Shown piece after piece: positions 1 to 8,640 of a stretch of DNA of 64,000 nucleotides (its first letter is position 1; every line of letters begins with the position of its first letter). The translations under genes were made by a program, and so were the position numbers. Below the pieces are notes generated by a model. It saw only the letters and a list, made by a program, of their open reading frames with translations, did no database searches and was not told where the DNA came from. This DNA is from an uncultured Gammaproteobacteria bacterium. Its GTDB lineage: Bacteria; Pseudomonadota; Gammaproteobacteria; Magnimaribacterales; D2472. The stretch covers positions 9,372 to 73,371 of the forward strand of contig CAZFYG010000005.1 of the NCBI GenBank assembly GCA_964523375.1. The letters run 5' to 3'.

Positions 1-205
1 AGGGTGGGTTTCTGTAGAGGCTTCTCTCGGAAAGCTAAGGTCTGAGCTTTATGGTATGGGGTGTATTGTGCAAGAGGAAAATTCTGGGCAAGGAACCACT
101 TATTTGAAAGTTGATATAGGAAGAGATGAGTTGGATAGGCTGCTTATCAACAAAGGTTTTAACATTTGCTCAGATGAGGATATACTTTTATTAAACGAGG
201 CTTAA
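1..205 (+). CDS. hflX: GTPase HflX, C-terminal fragment (5' part lies outside the window)
   Basis: Frame 2 is open from the window edge to TAA at 203-205. The translation ...SLGKLRSELYGMGCIVQEENSGQGTTYLKVDIGRDELDRLL... resembles the C-terminal domain of E. coli HflX (GRLRSRFYQLQAIEKEW..DGSVSLQV...). Recognised by eye only. Confidence 0.45.
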   Translation, partial: GWVSVEASLGKLRSELYGMGCIVQEENSGQGTTYLKVDIGRDELDRLLINKGFNICSDEDILLLNEA

Positions 206-209
206 ACCA

Positions 210-629
210 ATGAGTATTAATAACACTTTAGATAAAATTGCTAAACCATTTACGGGCATAGCTCCATGGATACTAAGGCTATCTCTTGGAATTTCATTTT
301 TTCTTCATGGCTATGGAAAATTCCCACTACCGCCTCAAAAAATGGTGGTATGGTTTGAGAGTAAAGGGATTATTTGGCCTGAATTAATTACTAGCCTAGT
401 CGCACTTGGCGAGGTCATAGCAGGGGTCGGCATAATCATAGGCGGTCTTTTGTTCAATCAAATAGGTAACCTCATCACAAGATTGTCTGGAGGAGCAGTT
501 GTTGTAATAATGATAGGCGCTTTCGCTATTGCACACCCAGATTGGTTTATTACAGAGAAGCTCTTTATGAGTGAGCAGATATTCTTATTATCACTTGGTC
601 TATTTTTTGCCATCAAAGGCAACAACTAA
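210..629 (+). CDS. DoxX family membrane protein
   Basis: 139 aa with about 4 hydrophobic helices. The LRLSLGISFFLHGYGKF motif is typical of DoxX. ATG lies 4 nt after the upstream stop. Confidence 0.75.
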   Translation: MSINNTLDKIAKPFTGIAPWILRLSLGISFFLHGYGKFPLPPQKMVVWFESKGIIWPELITSLVALGEVIAGVGIIIGGLLFNQIGNLITRLSGGAVVVIMIGAFAIAHPDWFITEKLFMSEQIFLLSLGLFFAIKGNN

Positions 630-677
630 AAAAACTAATCTAAAAAACTACTTATCAAAAATAAAAGTCTTTTGGGC

Positions 678-706
678 TTGCATTTGTAAATGAGAATCAT
701 TATCAT
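678..706 (+). promoter_or_regulatory. Candidate sigma70 promoter of the TonB-dependent receptor gene (-35 TTGCAT, 17-bp spacer, -10 TATCAT)
   Basis: TTGCAT at 678-683 and TATCAT at 701-706. The position is suitable for the ATG at 823, and the Fur box overlaps the spacer and -10. Confidence 0.45.
686..704. promoter_or_regulatory. Fur box (iron-responsive operator)
   Basis: GTAAATGAGAATCATTATC matches the 19-bp consensus GATAATGATAATCATTATC at 16/19 positions. It lies upstream of a TonB-dependent receptor gene. Confidence 0.7.
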
Positions 707-822
707 TTGCATTTACAAGAGTTGGTGAATATATATTCCCCTAAAAGTGATGGAATTTATATATCTTCGTTTTATACAAAATATATTCACCAGCTCCCAT
801 TTAAAAACATATAAGGTAGATT

Positions 823-3009
823 ATGAAAATTATAAAACAAAATAAATTAGCTATTGGAATCTTATTATTGTTATCAGCTGCTTCAGTTACATCTGAAATT
901 TATGCAGATACACAAGAGGTAGAGACAGTAACCATTATAGGAACTAAAGCAGACGTGAAAGAGCTTCCTGGTTCTGGAACAGTTGTCAGCAATGAAGAGT
1001 TGCAGAAAGCAATGGACACAGATATTCATAAGATCTTATCAGCAGTTCCAGGTGTTTATTTTAGAACAGAAGATGGTTATGGACTTAGGCCTAATATCTC
1101 AATCAGAGGAACATCAATAGACAGGTCAGCAAAAATTACTCTTATGGAAGATGGCATACTTGTAGCACCTGCTCCATATACATCCTCTTCAGCATATTAT
1201 TTTCCAACTACAGGAAGAATTAATTCAGTAGAGGTTCTAAAAGGACCATCTTCAATTAGTCAAGGACCAAGTACGATTGGAGGTGCTATAAACATGATCA
1301 GTACACCCATAACTGAACTAGCTTCTGGTAAATTAACTCAGGAGTTTGGCCAAAATGGAATGCTAAGAACTCATGCATATTATGGTGGAGTATCTGGTAA
1401 TTTTGGCGGATTAGTTGAAATTCATGAACATCAAAGTGATGGGTTTGATAGCGTTGCAAATGTTGGCGGCGATACGGGTTTTGATAAATCAGATCTAATG
1501 ATTAAAGCAAGATATGAAAATGGGGATCATTCTGTAACTTTCAAAATGGTTGATATAGACGAGGTATCCAATCAATCATATGTTGGCTTGTCAGGCCAAA
1601 GCTTTAATGCTAATCCAAGGGTAAGGTATGGAATGACTCAGTACGATGAAATGAATAACGATGGTGATCAAAAGTCTCTTACATATTTGGGAGATTTTGA
1701 AAAAATTAGAGTTATTGCATCGACATGGAGCAATGATTATCACAGAGACTGGTTTAAAGTAGATAAAGCAAATAATAACTCTGATCATGGTGTTGGAAAT
1801 GGAATCAATACTGTTATTTCTGCTGCTAATGCTGGTAACGAAAATGCACAGGCTATCTTAGATGGTACATTGGCTGTTCAGGTTAAGCTTAAGCATAACA
1901 ATAGGTTCTATACCAATGAAGGCTACCAATTTAAAGTTTCAACAGATATAAAAAATCATAATATAACAATTGGCTATAGAGATATGGAAGACTCTGAAAG
2001 CAGATACCAGAATTATGAATGTTTTGATCAAAGTGCTAATGGAACTAACTCTGCTTTATATGCTTGTTCTTCTGGGTATACAGGAAGTAATAATAGACTA
2101 AGAGTGTCAAAAGCAACTTCTTTTTATATAGAGGACAAAATCACGATAGGAGCACTGGCTCTGACAATTGGTCACAGATCTGAAGATTATGACCAAGTGG
2201 AGAATAGGTGGGATGATGGTGTTCCAACAAGGACTATGCTCGCATCAGGGTATCCAAAAACAAAAGATGGCGACCACAGCACAACTGGTTTTGGGGCCAC
2301 TTATGATATGAGTGAAAATTTACAGCTAGTAGCTGGGTTCCACGAGGGGATGACAGCAATGTTTGGAACAGACCCTGAAAAGGCAGATAACATGGAGCTT
2401 GGTTTTAGGTATGCTAAGAATGATTCAAGCCTTGAAGCATTCTATTTTGCTAGTGACTATAAAAACTTAAAAGCTGTTTGTAAAAATTCACAAGGTGGAG
2501 ACTGTAATGATGGTGATATTTTTGATGGTGGAGCAGTAGACGTTTCTGGAATAGAGATTTCAGGATCTCATATATTCAATGGATCAGAGGGAATGCTATA
2601 TCCAATTGGGCTAACATTCACCTCTACAGATGCAACATTTAAAAATAGCTTTGATGATGATGGAGAATATTGGGGTGTAGTTGCTGCGGGTGATGATGTC
2701 CCTTATGTTCCAAGCTCTTCTCTTGCTTTAGTTGTTGGGTTTATTAATTCAAATGGGTTGAGTGGAAATATAAGGCTTGTAGAGAATGGAAGCGCTTGCT
2801 CAACAGCATCTTGTGGCGTGAATCAAAATATTGAAGCCCACTCATTTATAGATTTAAATTTAAGAAAGCCTTTGAATGATAAAACAGATGTATATTTCGT
2901 AATGGAAAATATTCTTGATCATGAAGATATTGTCGCCAGAGCTCCAAAAGATGGCGCAAGATCACAAAAACCAAGAACACTTAAAGTTGGGTTTACTTAT
3001 AAGCTTTAA
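823..3009 (+). CDS. TonB-dependent outer-membrane receptor (probably iron-chelate uptake, FecA-like)
   Basis: 728 aa with a signal peptide (LLLLSAASVTSEIYA). Plug-domain motifs are present (VVSNEELQ, PGVYF, IRGTS, ITLMEDGILVAP). The C-terminus is a long beta-barrel-like region. A Fur box lies upstream. Confidence 0.9.
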   Translation: MKIIKQNKLAIGILLLLSAASVTSEIYADTQEVETVTIIGTKADVKELPGSGTVVSNEELQKAMDTDIHKILSAVPGVYFRTEDGYGLRPNISIRGTSIDRSAKITLMEDGILVAPAPYTSSSAYYFPTTGRINSVEVLKGPSSISQGPSTIGGAINMISTPITELASGKLTQEFGQNGMLRTHAYYGGVSGNFGGLVEIHEHQSDGFDSVANVGGDTGFDKSDLMIKARYENGDHSVTFKMVDIDEVSNQSYVGLSGQSFNANPRVRYGMTQYDEMNNDGDQKSLTYLGDFEKIRVIASTWSNDYHRDWFKVDKANNNSDHGVGNGINTVISAANAGNENAQAILDGTLAVQVKLKHNNRFYTNEGYQFKVSTDIKNHNITIGYRDMEDSESRYQNYECFDQSANGTNSALYACSSGYTGSNNRLRVSKATSFYIEDKITIGALALTIGHRSEDYDQVENRWDDGVPTRTMLASGYPKTKDGDHSTTGFGATYDMSENLQLVAGFHEGMTAMFGTDPEKADNMELGFRYAKNDSSLEAFYFASDYKNLKAVCKNSQGGDCNDGDIFDGGAVDVSGIEISGSHIFNGSEGMLYPIGLTFTSTDATFKNSFDDDGEYWGVVAAGDDVPYVPSSSLALVVGFINSNGLSGNIRLVENGSACSTASCGVNQNIEAHSFIDLNLRKPLNDKTDVYFVMENILDHEDIVARAPKDGARSQKPRTLKVGFTYKL

Positions 3010-3046
3010 TCTTGTGGGAGAGATAGCCTAATTAAGTTTAGGTGTT

Positions 3047-3077
3047 AAAAAAGGATGGCTTAGCCATCCTTTTTTTT
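3047..3077. terminator. Bidirectional intrinsic terminator (copy 1)
   Basis: AAAAAAGGATGGC-TTA-GCCATCCTTTTTT: perfect stem flanked by an A-run and a T-run, immediately after the receptor gene. Confidence 0.8.
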
Positions 3078-3088
3078 AAATTAAATAG

Positions 3089-3094
3089 TACAAT
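3089..3094 (+). promoter_or_regulatory. Candidate -10 box (TACAAT) for the peroxiredoxin gene
   Basis: It sits inside the 11-mer AGTACAATTAT, which recurs at 3744-3754 after the second terminator copy. No convincing -35 element was found. Confidence 0.3.
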
Positions 3095-3139
3095 TATATT
3101 TCTCATGAAATGTTGATTGAGATATTAGGAGAAAAATAT

Positions 3140-3661
3140 ATGTTAACAGTAGGTGATAAATTCCCAGCTTTTAAGCTTCAGGGAGTTAATAGTGATAACG
3201 AGCTGGTAGAGGTTTCTGTAGAAGAGAATTACGAGCCATTAAAAAAAGATTGGAGCGTAATTTACTTTTACCCAAAAGACTTTACATTCATTTGCCCAAC
3301 AGAAATTGCTGCAATGGACAAACTTGTTGATGAAGCAACAGTTATTGGAATAAGTGGCGACAACGAATTTTGTAAGCTTGCATGGAAGAACGATAATAGT
3401 TTAATTGGTGGTATAAAACACTCATTAGCTGCAGATACAGGCCTTGGCTTATCTAACGAGCTAGGTGTTGTTAATGTTGAAGCGGGTGTTTGTTATAGAG
3501 CAACTTTTATTATCGATGATCAAAGAATAATTCAGCATGTTTCAGTAAATGCTTTGGACACTGGAAGAAATGCAGATGAGGTTCTTAGGACACTTAAAGC
3601 ATTAAAAGCTGGAGGCCTTACTGGCTGCTCATGGGCGGAAGGCGATGACTTTGTAGCTTAA
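3140..3661 (+). CDS. Peroxiredoxin (AhpC/TSA family)
   Basis: The motif DFTFICPTE carries the peroxidatic Cys. C-terminal Cys is in GLTGCSW. The preferred start is ATG 3140, preceded by TAGGAG; the tracked ORF starts at 3110. Confidence 0.9.
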   Translation: MLTVGDKFPAFKLQGVNSDNELVEVSVEENYEPLKKDWSVIYFYPKDFTFICPTEIAAMDKLVDEATVIGISGDNEFCKLAWKNDNSLIGGIKHSLAADTGLGLSNELGVVNVEAGVCYRATFIIDDQRIIQHVSVNALDTGRNADEVLRTLKALKAGGLTGCSWAEGDDFVA

Positions 3662-3674
3662 GTTATTATTTATT

Positions 3675-3706
3675 AAAAAAAAGGATGGCCTAGCCATCCT
3701 TTTTTT
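3675..3706. terminator. Bidirectional intrinsic terminator (copy 2)
   Basis: AAAAAAAAGGATGGC-CTA-GCCATCCTTTTTTT has the same stem as 3047-3077 and differs by one loop base. Confidence 0.8.
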
Positions 3707-3745
3707 ATTTATAGAAATATGAGTAGATATATTTTATTTTTAAAG

Positions 3746-3751
3746 TACAAT
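3746..3751 (+). promoter_or_regulatory. Candidate -10 box (TACAAT) for tRNA-Ala
   Basis: It lies in the 11-mer AGTACAATTAT shared with 3088-3098, 14 nt upstream of the tRNA 5' end. Confidence 0.3.
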
Positions 3752-3765
3752 TATCAGTTCAAAAT

Positions 3766-3841
3766 GGGGCTATAGCTCAGCTGGGAGAGCACCTGCTTTG
3801 CAAGCAGGGGGTCCGCGGTTCGATCCCGCGTAGCTCCACCA
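3766..3841 (+). tRNA. tRNA-Ala (anticodon TGC), CCA encoded
   Basis: 76-nt cloverleaf: acceptor stem GGGGCTA/TAGCTCC with the G3:U70 Ala identity pair, anticodon loop CTTTGCAAG, T-arm CGCGGTTCGATCCCGCG, 3' ACCA. Confidence 0.97.
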
Positions 3842-3847
3842 TTTTAT

Positions 3848-4711
3848 CTAATTGTTAAATACAACAGTCTTAGACCCATTAATAATAACCCTTTTTTCTG
3901 CATGCCATCTAACCGCTCTAGATAAAACGCTAGATTCAATATCATTACCTTTTCTTGTTAGATCCTCTGGAGAGTCATTATGTGAAACTCTTTGAACATC
4001 TTGTTCAATAATATGGCCCTCGTCTAAATCCCCAGTAACATAATGAGCAGTTGCTCCGATAATCTTTACGCCCTTATGAAATGCTTGGTGATACGGCCTG
4101 GCCCCTTTAAAGCTAGGCAAGAAACTATGGTGGATATTAATACATTTTCCTGACCATTCATTTGCAAGATTGTCAGATAAAATTTGCATATACCGAGCCA
4201 GTACTACTAGCTCCGCATCACTGGAAGCAACAACAGACCTGAACTCATTTTCTTGCATTTTCTTTGACTCAGAGCTCTTTTCTATTGGAAGATGGTGAAA
4301 TTTTATACCACTAAATTCTACTATCTCTCTATAAACTTCATGATTTGAAACTACCCCAACTATTTCTATGGGCATATCTCTATATCTTGCTCTATACAAT
4401 AAATCATTTAAACAATGACCTTCTTTTGAAACAGCTATAACAGTTTTAATTTTTCTAGATTCATCATCAATAGACCATTGCATTGAAAGCTTGATTGCTA
4501 AAGCCTCAAATTCAGAAAAAAACTCTTCTGTTACTACTTCCATATCATTAATAAAGAAAACAATTCTAGAAAAGAATCTATTCGAATCTTTATCAGAGTA
4601 GGACTGCACATCTGTTAAAAAGGCATTGTACTTATCCATCAAGCCTGTAACTTTTGCCTGGATACCTGATTGATCAGGGCATGAAAAGGTTAGTATTTTT
4701 ACTTTTTTCAT
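3848..4711 (-). CDS. purU: Formyltetrahydrofolate deformylase
   Basis: N-terminal ACT-like domain plus a formyltransferase core (NIHHSFLPSFKGARPYHQA, GATAHYVTGDLDEG). Confidence 0.92.
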   Translation of the reverse strand: MKKVKILTFSCPDQSGIQAKVTGLMDKYNAFLTDVQSYSDKDSNRFFSRIVFFINDMEVVTEEFFSEFEALAIKLSMQWSIDDESRKIKTVIAVSKEGHCLNDLLYRARYRDMPIEIVGVVSNHEVYREIVEFSGIKFHHLPIEKSSESKKMQENEFRSVVASSDAELVVLARYMQILSDNLANEWSGKCINIHHSFLPSFKGARPYHQAFHKGVKIIGATAHYVTGDLDEGHIIEQDVQRVSHNDSPEDLTRKGNDIESSVLSRAVRWHAEKRVIINGSKTVVFNN

Positions 4712-4795
4712 AATATTTTATTTATCTTGTTATGATTTTATATTACTTTGCATACCATAGGTATTCTTAATAGTTTAAGTTTATAATCTTTTGTT

Positions 4796-5569
4796 ATGAG
4801 TAAAAGTGTATGGGAAAATATTAGAGATGAGATAGGGTTAAGAGTTGATGCAGAACCATCACTGGGTTCTTTTTTGCATTCTCTAGTTTTGTCCCAAAAA
4901 AATCTTACTAACGCAGTTGCATCCATCCTCTCATCTAAACTCCATAGTGACGCTTTGTCTGCTATGGATATCAAGAAATTTATTATTGACGTTTTTGATG
5001 ATTGTAAAAATATAGAGGGCGATATCGAAAAAGATCTTATCTTTTTTAAAGATAATGATCCGTCATGCGACTACTTTTCAACACCATTATTGTTTTATAA
5101 GGGCTTTCTTGGCTTAGCTACATACAGGGCTTCTCATTGTCTATGGAATAAGAATAGACACACTATGGCACTATTTTTTCAAAATAGATCATCAGAAATT
5201 TTTGGCATAGATATTCACCCTGCTGCGAAGATTGCAGGGGGAGTTATGATGGACCATGCAACTGGAATTGTTATAGGAGAAACCGCTGTAATCGAATCAG
5301 ATGTTTCAATTTTTCAGGGTGTTACGCTTGGGGGCAAGGGTAATGAGGTTGGAAAGAGGCATCCAAATATTAAAAGTGGTGCAACAATATACGCTTCTAG
5401 CACCATTTTAGGGAATATTACTGTTGGTAACAAAGCGGTTATTGCAGCAGGAAGTCTGGTTCTGAAAGATGTAAAAAATGAGACAACCGTTGCTGGAATC
5501 CCCGCCAAAGAAGTTAATAAATTAAATATTTCCAGCAATGACTGGGATCCAGGAGATTCAAGCCTTTAA
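4796..5569 (+). CDS. cysE: Serine O-acetyltransferase
   Basis: SATase N-terminal helical region, then left-handed beta-helix hexapeptide repeats (GIDIHPAAKIGG..MDHATGIVIGETAVI..V.I.QGVTLGG). Confidence 0.9.
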   Translation: MSKSVWENIRDEIGLRVDAEPSLGSFLHSLVLSQKNLTNAVASILSSKLHSDALSAMDIKKFIIDVFDDCKNIEGDIEKDLIFFKDNDPSCDYFSTPLLFYKGFLGLATYRASHCLWNKNRHTMALFFQNRSSEIFGIDIHPAAKIAGGVMMDHATGIVIGETAVIESDVSIFQGVTLGGKGNEVGKRHPNIKSGATIYASSTILGNITVGNKAVIAAGSLVLKDVKNETTVAGIPAKEVNKLNISSNDWDPGDSSL

Positions 5570-6544
5570 ATGATTAAATACATTGGAAATACACCGCTAA
5601 TAAAACTAGAACATCTTTCTAATGAGACAGGCTGTAATATTTTTGGCAAAGCTGAGTTTATGAATCCAGGCGGTTCAGTTAAAGATAGAGCAGCTAAATA
5701 TATTTTAGAGGACGCAATAAAAAAAGGCCTTATAAGAAAAGGTGGGACTATTGTTGAGGGTACAGCTGGTAATACGGGTATTGGGTTGGCACTTGTAGGA
5801 AATGCCCTTGGCCTCAAAACAGTTATAGTTATTCCAGATACTCAATCTGAAGAAAAGAAAGCAACCATAAGAGCTTGCGGAGCAGAGCTAATAGAAGTTC
5901 CAGCTGTGCCATATAAAGATGAAAATAATTATGTGAAATATTCAAAAAAAGTTGCAGAATCTTACGAAAACCCTAATGGCGTTCTATGGGCCAATCAATT
6001 TGATAATGAGGCGAATAAGATAGGCCATTACAATGAAACTGGGCCAGAAATATATAATCAGCTTGATGGAAAAATAAATGGCTTCATATGCTCTGTTGGA
6101 ACGGGTGGAACTCTTTCTGGAATAGCTCAATATCTTAAAGATAAAAATAAGGATATTAAAATCGGCCTTGCTGATCCTTATGGTGCGGCTATTTACTCTT
6201 TCTTCCAAGATGGGGAATTAAAATCAGAAGGCTCTTCGGTTACAGAAGGTATTGGTCAAGGAAGAATTACAAAAAATATTGAAGGATTGAAGGTTGATAT
6301 CCCTTTAAGAATAAGTGATACAGATGCTCTAAGCGCTATGTTTCAGATGGTTGAAACTGAAGGCTTATATCTTGGAGGTAGTGCCGGTATCAATGTTGCC
6401 GGAGCAGTTGAAATGTCTAAACATATGGAAGCTGGAAGTAATATTGTTACTATATTGTGTGATTCGGGTTCCAGGTATTTAAGCAAACTTTATAATAGAA
6501 ATTTTTTAATTAATAACGATCTTCCTTGTCCCGATTGGGTTTAA
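5570..6544 (+). CDS. cysK: Cysteine synthase (O-acetylserine sulfhydrylase, PLP-dependent)
   Basis: GNTPLIKL, NPGGSVKDRAA (PLP lysine) and GTGGT motifs. ATG directly abuts the cysE stop. Confidence 0.85.
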   Translation: MIKYIGNTPLIKLEHLSNETGCNIFGKAEFMNPGGSVKDRAAKYILEDAIKKGLIRKGGTIVEGTAGNTGIGLALVGNALGLKTVIVIPDTQSEEKKATIRACGAELIEVPAVPYKDENNYVKYSKKVAESYENPNGVLWANQFDNEANKIGHYNETGPEIYNQLDGKINGFICSVGTGGTLSGIAQYLKDKNKDIKIGLADPYGAAIYSFFQDGELKSEGSSVTEGIGQGRITKNIEGLKVDIPLRISDTDALSAMFQMVETEGLYLGGSAGINVAGAVEMSKHMEAGSNIVTILCDSGSRYLSKLYNRNFLINNDLPCPDWV

Positions 6545-7789
6545 TTAAGCGTTAGCTAACTCAATTCCAAATAATCGCTTGTAAAGAGCTATTACTGCAA
6601 TACCAAATGCACTAATACCAAACTGAGCAACTAGAAGCTTTGATGATAGTACTTCATAATCAATGATCTCAAAACTTGTTATTCCAACAGCACCTATGCA
6701 TGAAAGTGTAAATAGCGCAATATAGGCATTATGGCTTTGTAGCAGCATGCTTGTGAGGGTAGTTAGGGATATTATGAACACCCCAATAATAGCAATTTCT
6801 GTTTTTGTATATTCAGATATAAAAAATAATACACTCCCTGATACAGCAATTGTAAAAATTAACTGAAAGAAACTAAATACTTGTACATCTGTTGTAACTA
6901 CTGGGTTGAATTTGGCATGAAAGTCTTTTGCGTCTTTTTCTTCTATACAGTCCTCTGGCCTCCAGTATGTCTTAGAAAACCAAACCTTAACTTTGTCACT
7001 CCATTTTTTGGTTTTAATTGAGTCATTGAGCATTGTTGAAAAAACTTGAAAGTTAGCCCAAATAGGATTCCAGCTTTTAAGAGCAGAAACTGTTCCATAT
7101 ACCGGTTTTACATCTGGTAGCTCGGCAGTATACGTACCAAACATCCTATCCCATATTATGAAAACTCCACCATAATTTGCATCAATATACTCTTTATTTT
7201 TGGCATGATGTATGCCGTGATTCATTGGGGTTATAAATATCTTTTCTAAGAAACCAAGGTGACCTATATGTTTTGTATGAACCCAGAACTGATATACCAA
7301 ATTTATACCAGCTACTGTTACAAATACTTCTCCTGGTATCCCAATAAGAACCATAGGTAAATAGAAAACCCATTTCCATAACCAGCCAGTACTAGTCTGC
7401 CTCAACGCAGTGGACAAATTAAAATCCTCACCATGATGATGAACACTATGTGTAGCCCATAAAAATTTAATTTCATGATGCATTCTATGCATCCAATAGT
7501 AAGAAAGATCATACATAAGGAATGCTAGAATCCAAGTGACTGGATTTAAATTAGAAAGCATATTTAGATTGAGATTAGAGCTTATGTAAATAAATACAGC
7601 GCTTTGAAAACCAAGATTTAACATGGTTGGATACCTGCTTATCATGCCTATGGATATGCTAGTAAAAGTATCATTTAGTCTGTATGTATTTTTACCAACA
7701 TATTTTCCGTAAATATATTCTATTAGAATCAATAAGAAAAAAACAGGAATTGCAAAGGTTATGACTAATGATTTATCTGTAATTACCAT
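6545..7789 (-). CDS. Fatty-acid hydroxylase/sterol desaturase superfamily membrane protein, alkylglycerol-monooxygenase-like architecture
   Basis: His boxes are HRMHHE, HSVHHHGE and HGIHHAKN. A long C-terminal multi-TM extension follows. Confidence 0.7.
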   Translation of the reverse strand: MVITDKSLVITFAIPVFFLLILIEYIYGKYVGKNTYRLNDTFTSISIGMISRYPTMLNLGFQSAVFIYISSNLNLNMLSNLNPVTWILAFLMYDLSYYWMHRMHHEIKFLWATHSVHHHGEDFNLSTALRQTSTGWLWKWVFYLPMVLIGIPGEVFVTVAGINLVYQFWVHTKHIGHLGFLEKIFITPMNHGIHHAKNKEYIDANYGGVFIIWDRMFGTYTAELPDVKPVYGTVSALKSWNPIWANFQVFSTMLNDSIKTKKWSDKVKVWFSKTYWRPEDCIEEKDAKDFHAKFNPVVTTDVQVFSFFQLIFTIAVSGSVLFFISEYTKTEIAIIGVFIISLTTLTSMLLQSHNAYIALFTLSCIGAVGITSFEIIDYEVLSSKLLVAQFGISAFGIAVIALYKRLFGIELANA

Positions 7790-7818
7790 AATTGAAGATG
7801 TAAATTTATTACATTATA

Positions 7819-8640
7819 TCAACTTTCCTTGTTTAAGAAAAACATCACTCCAAGAGCGTTACCAAACCCAGATTGACTATCAAAATTACCTTTTATATTT
7901 GCAAGTGCCAATCTATCAGTTATTCCACTCCTGACTACTTCCAGGTTACCAACTCGCCCTATAAAAAATACTTCACTTACGCCCATAAGAAGAGCGTTCA
8001 AATATGAAACAGTTCCTATTATTTCTCCAACCATATTTGATAGGGAGGCAGCGATATCACTATCAGAGTGATCATCACCATATCTAGCTTTTTCAAAGTT
8101 TGATGCTGTAACTTCAGGGTGCAAGGAGCCAATATCGTTTACAACTTCTCCGATTAGTGAATCAAGATTTTTTCTATTTCCAGCTAATGATAATTTTTCA
8201 AGAATACCTGAGGAATCTTCATTCAGTAATTTCTTAGATAGCCCCTGAAGGGTTCCTCCTCCTACTGAGATGCCTCCAAGGTGAGTTGTAACTCCATTAT
8301 CGTTATAAATACATGCGGTCCCTGTTCCCGCACTTACAGCTATAAAGGGCAGACCATCTTTTATTTTAAAAATAGACTTTGCACCCATTGCAATAGCATC
8401 TACCTCATTAACTTTTAATATTTTTATATTTAGATATTTATCAGACAGATCGCTAGATTTACCCCCTGTCACTCCAATCAATGAGAATTTATCAGCAGAA
8501 AGATCTATATAAGAAAAAATTTTCTCTAGGAATCGCTCATCAATTTTTTTACTTGTCGGGTGTGAAAAAAATTTATACTCTTTTCCGTCATTAACAATAA
8601 TGTCAGTATTTGATATTCCAAAATCTATTGCTAGAAGCAT
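7819..8640 (-). CDS. Type II (CoaW/Fumble-like) pantothenate kinase family protein
   Basis: Motifs are AIDFGISNT, VSAGTGTA, GGISVGGGTLQGL, TASNFEK and a C-terminal GFGNALG. They are collinear with S. aureus CoaW as recalled (VGTGTS, GGIGTGGGMIQGL, TAANFG, GAFSGAIGA). Confidence 0.65.
   Translation of the reverse strand: MLLAIDFGISNTDIIVNDGKEYKFFSHPTSKKIDERFLEKIFSYIDLSADKFSLIGVTGGKSSDLSDKYLNIKILKVNEVDAIAMGAKSIFKIKDGLPFIAVSAGTGTACIYNDNGVTTHLGGISVGGGTLQGLSKKLLNEDSSGILEKLSLAGNRKNLDSLIGEVVNDIGSLHPEVTASNFEKARYGDDHSDSDIAASLSNMVGEIIGTVSYLNALLMGVSEVFFIGRVGNLEVVRSGITDRLALANIKGNFDSQSGFGNALGVMFFLNKES

Noticed and set aside
685-717. TGTAAA ... TTTACA as a TyrR box
   Set aside because: The half-sites are 21 bp apart, whereas the TyrR box has a 6-bp spacer. 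The downstream gene is an iron-type receptor with a good Fur box.
3766-3841. tRNA-Ala(TGC) as part of an rRNA operon spacer or as an island integration site
   Set aside because: No 16S or 23S sequence or tRNA-Ile flanks it. No integrase gene or repeat of the tRNA 3' end was seen nearby. It appears to be a stand-alone tRNA gene.
4738-4974. A 78-aa minus-strand ORF spanning the purU/cysE intergenic region
   Set aside because: It overlaps the cysE 5' coding region in antisense, has no homology signal and would leave no promoter space. It is most likely spurious.
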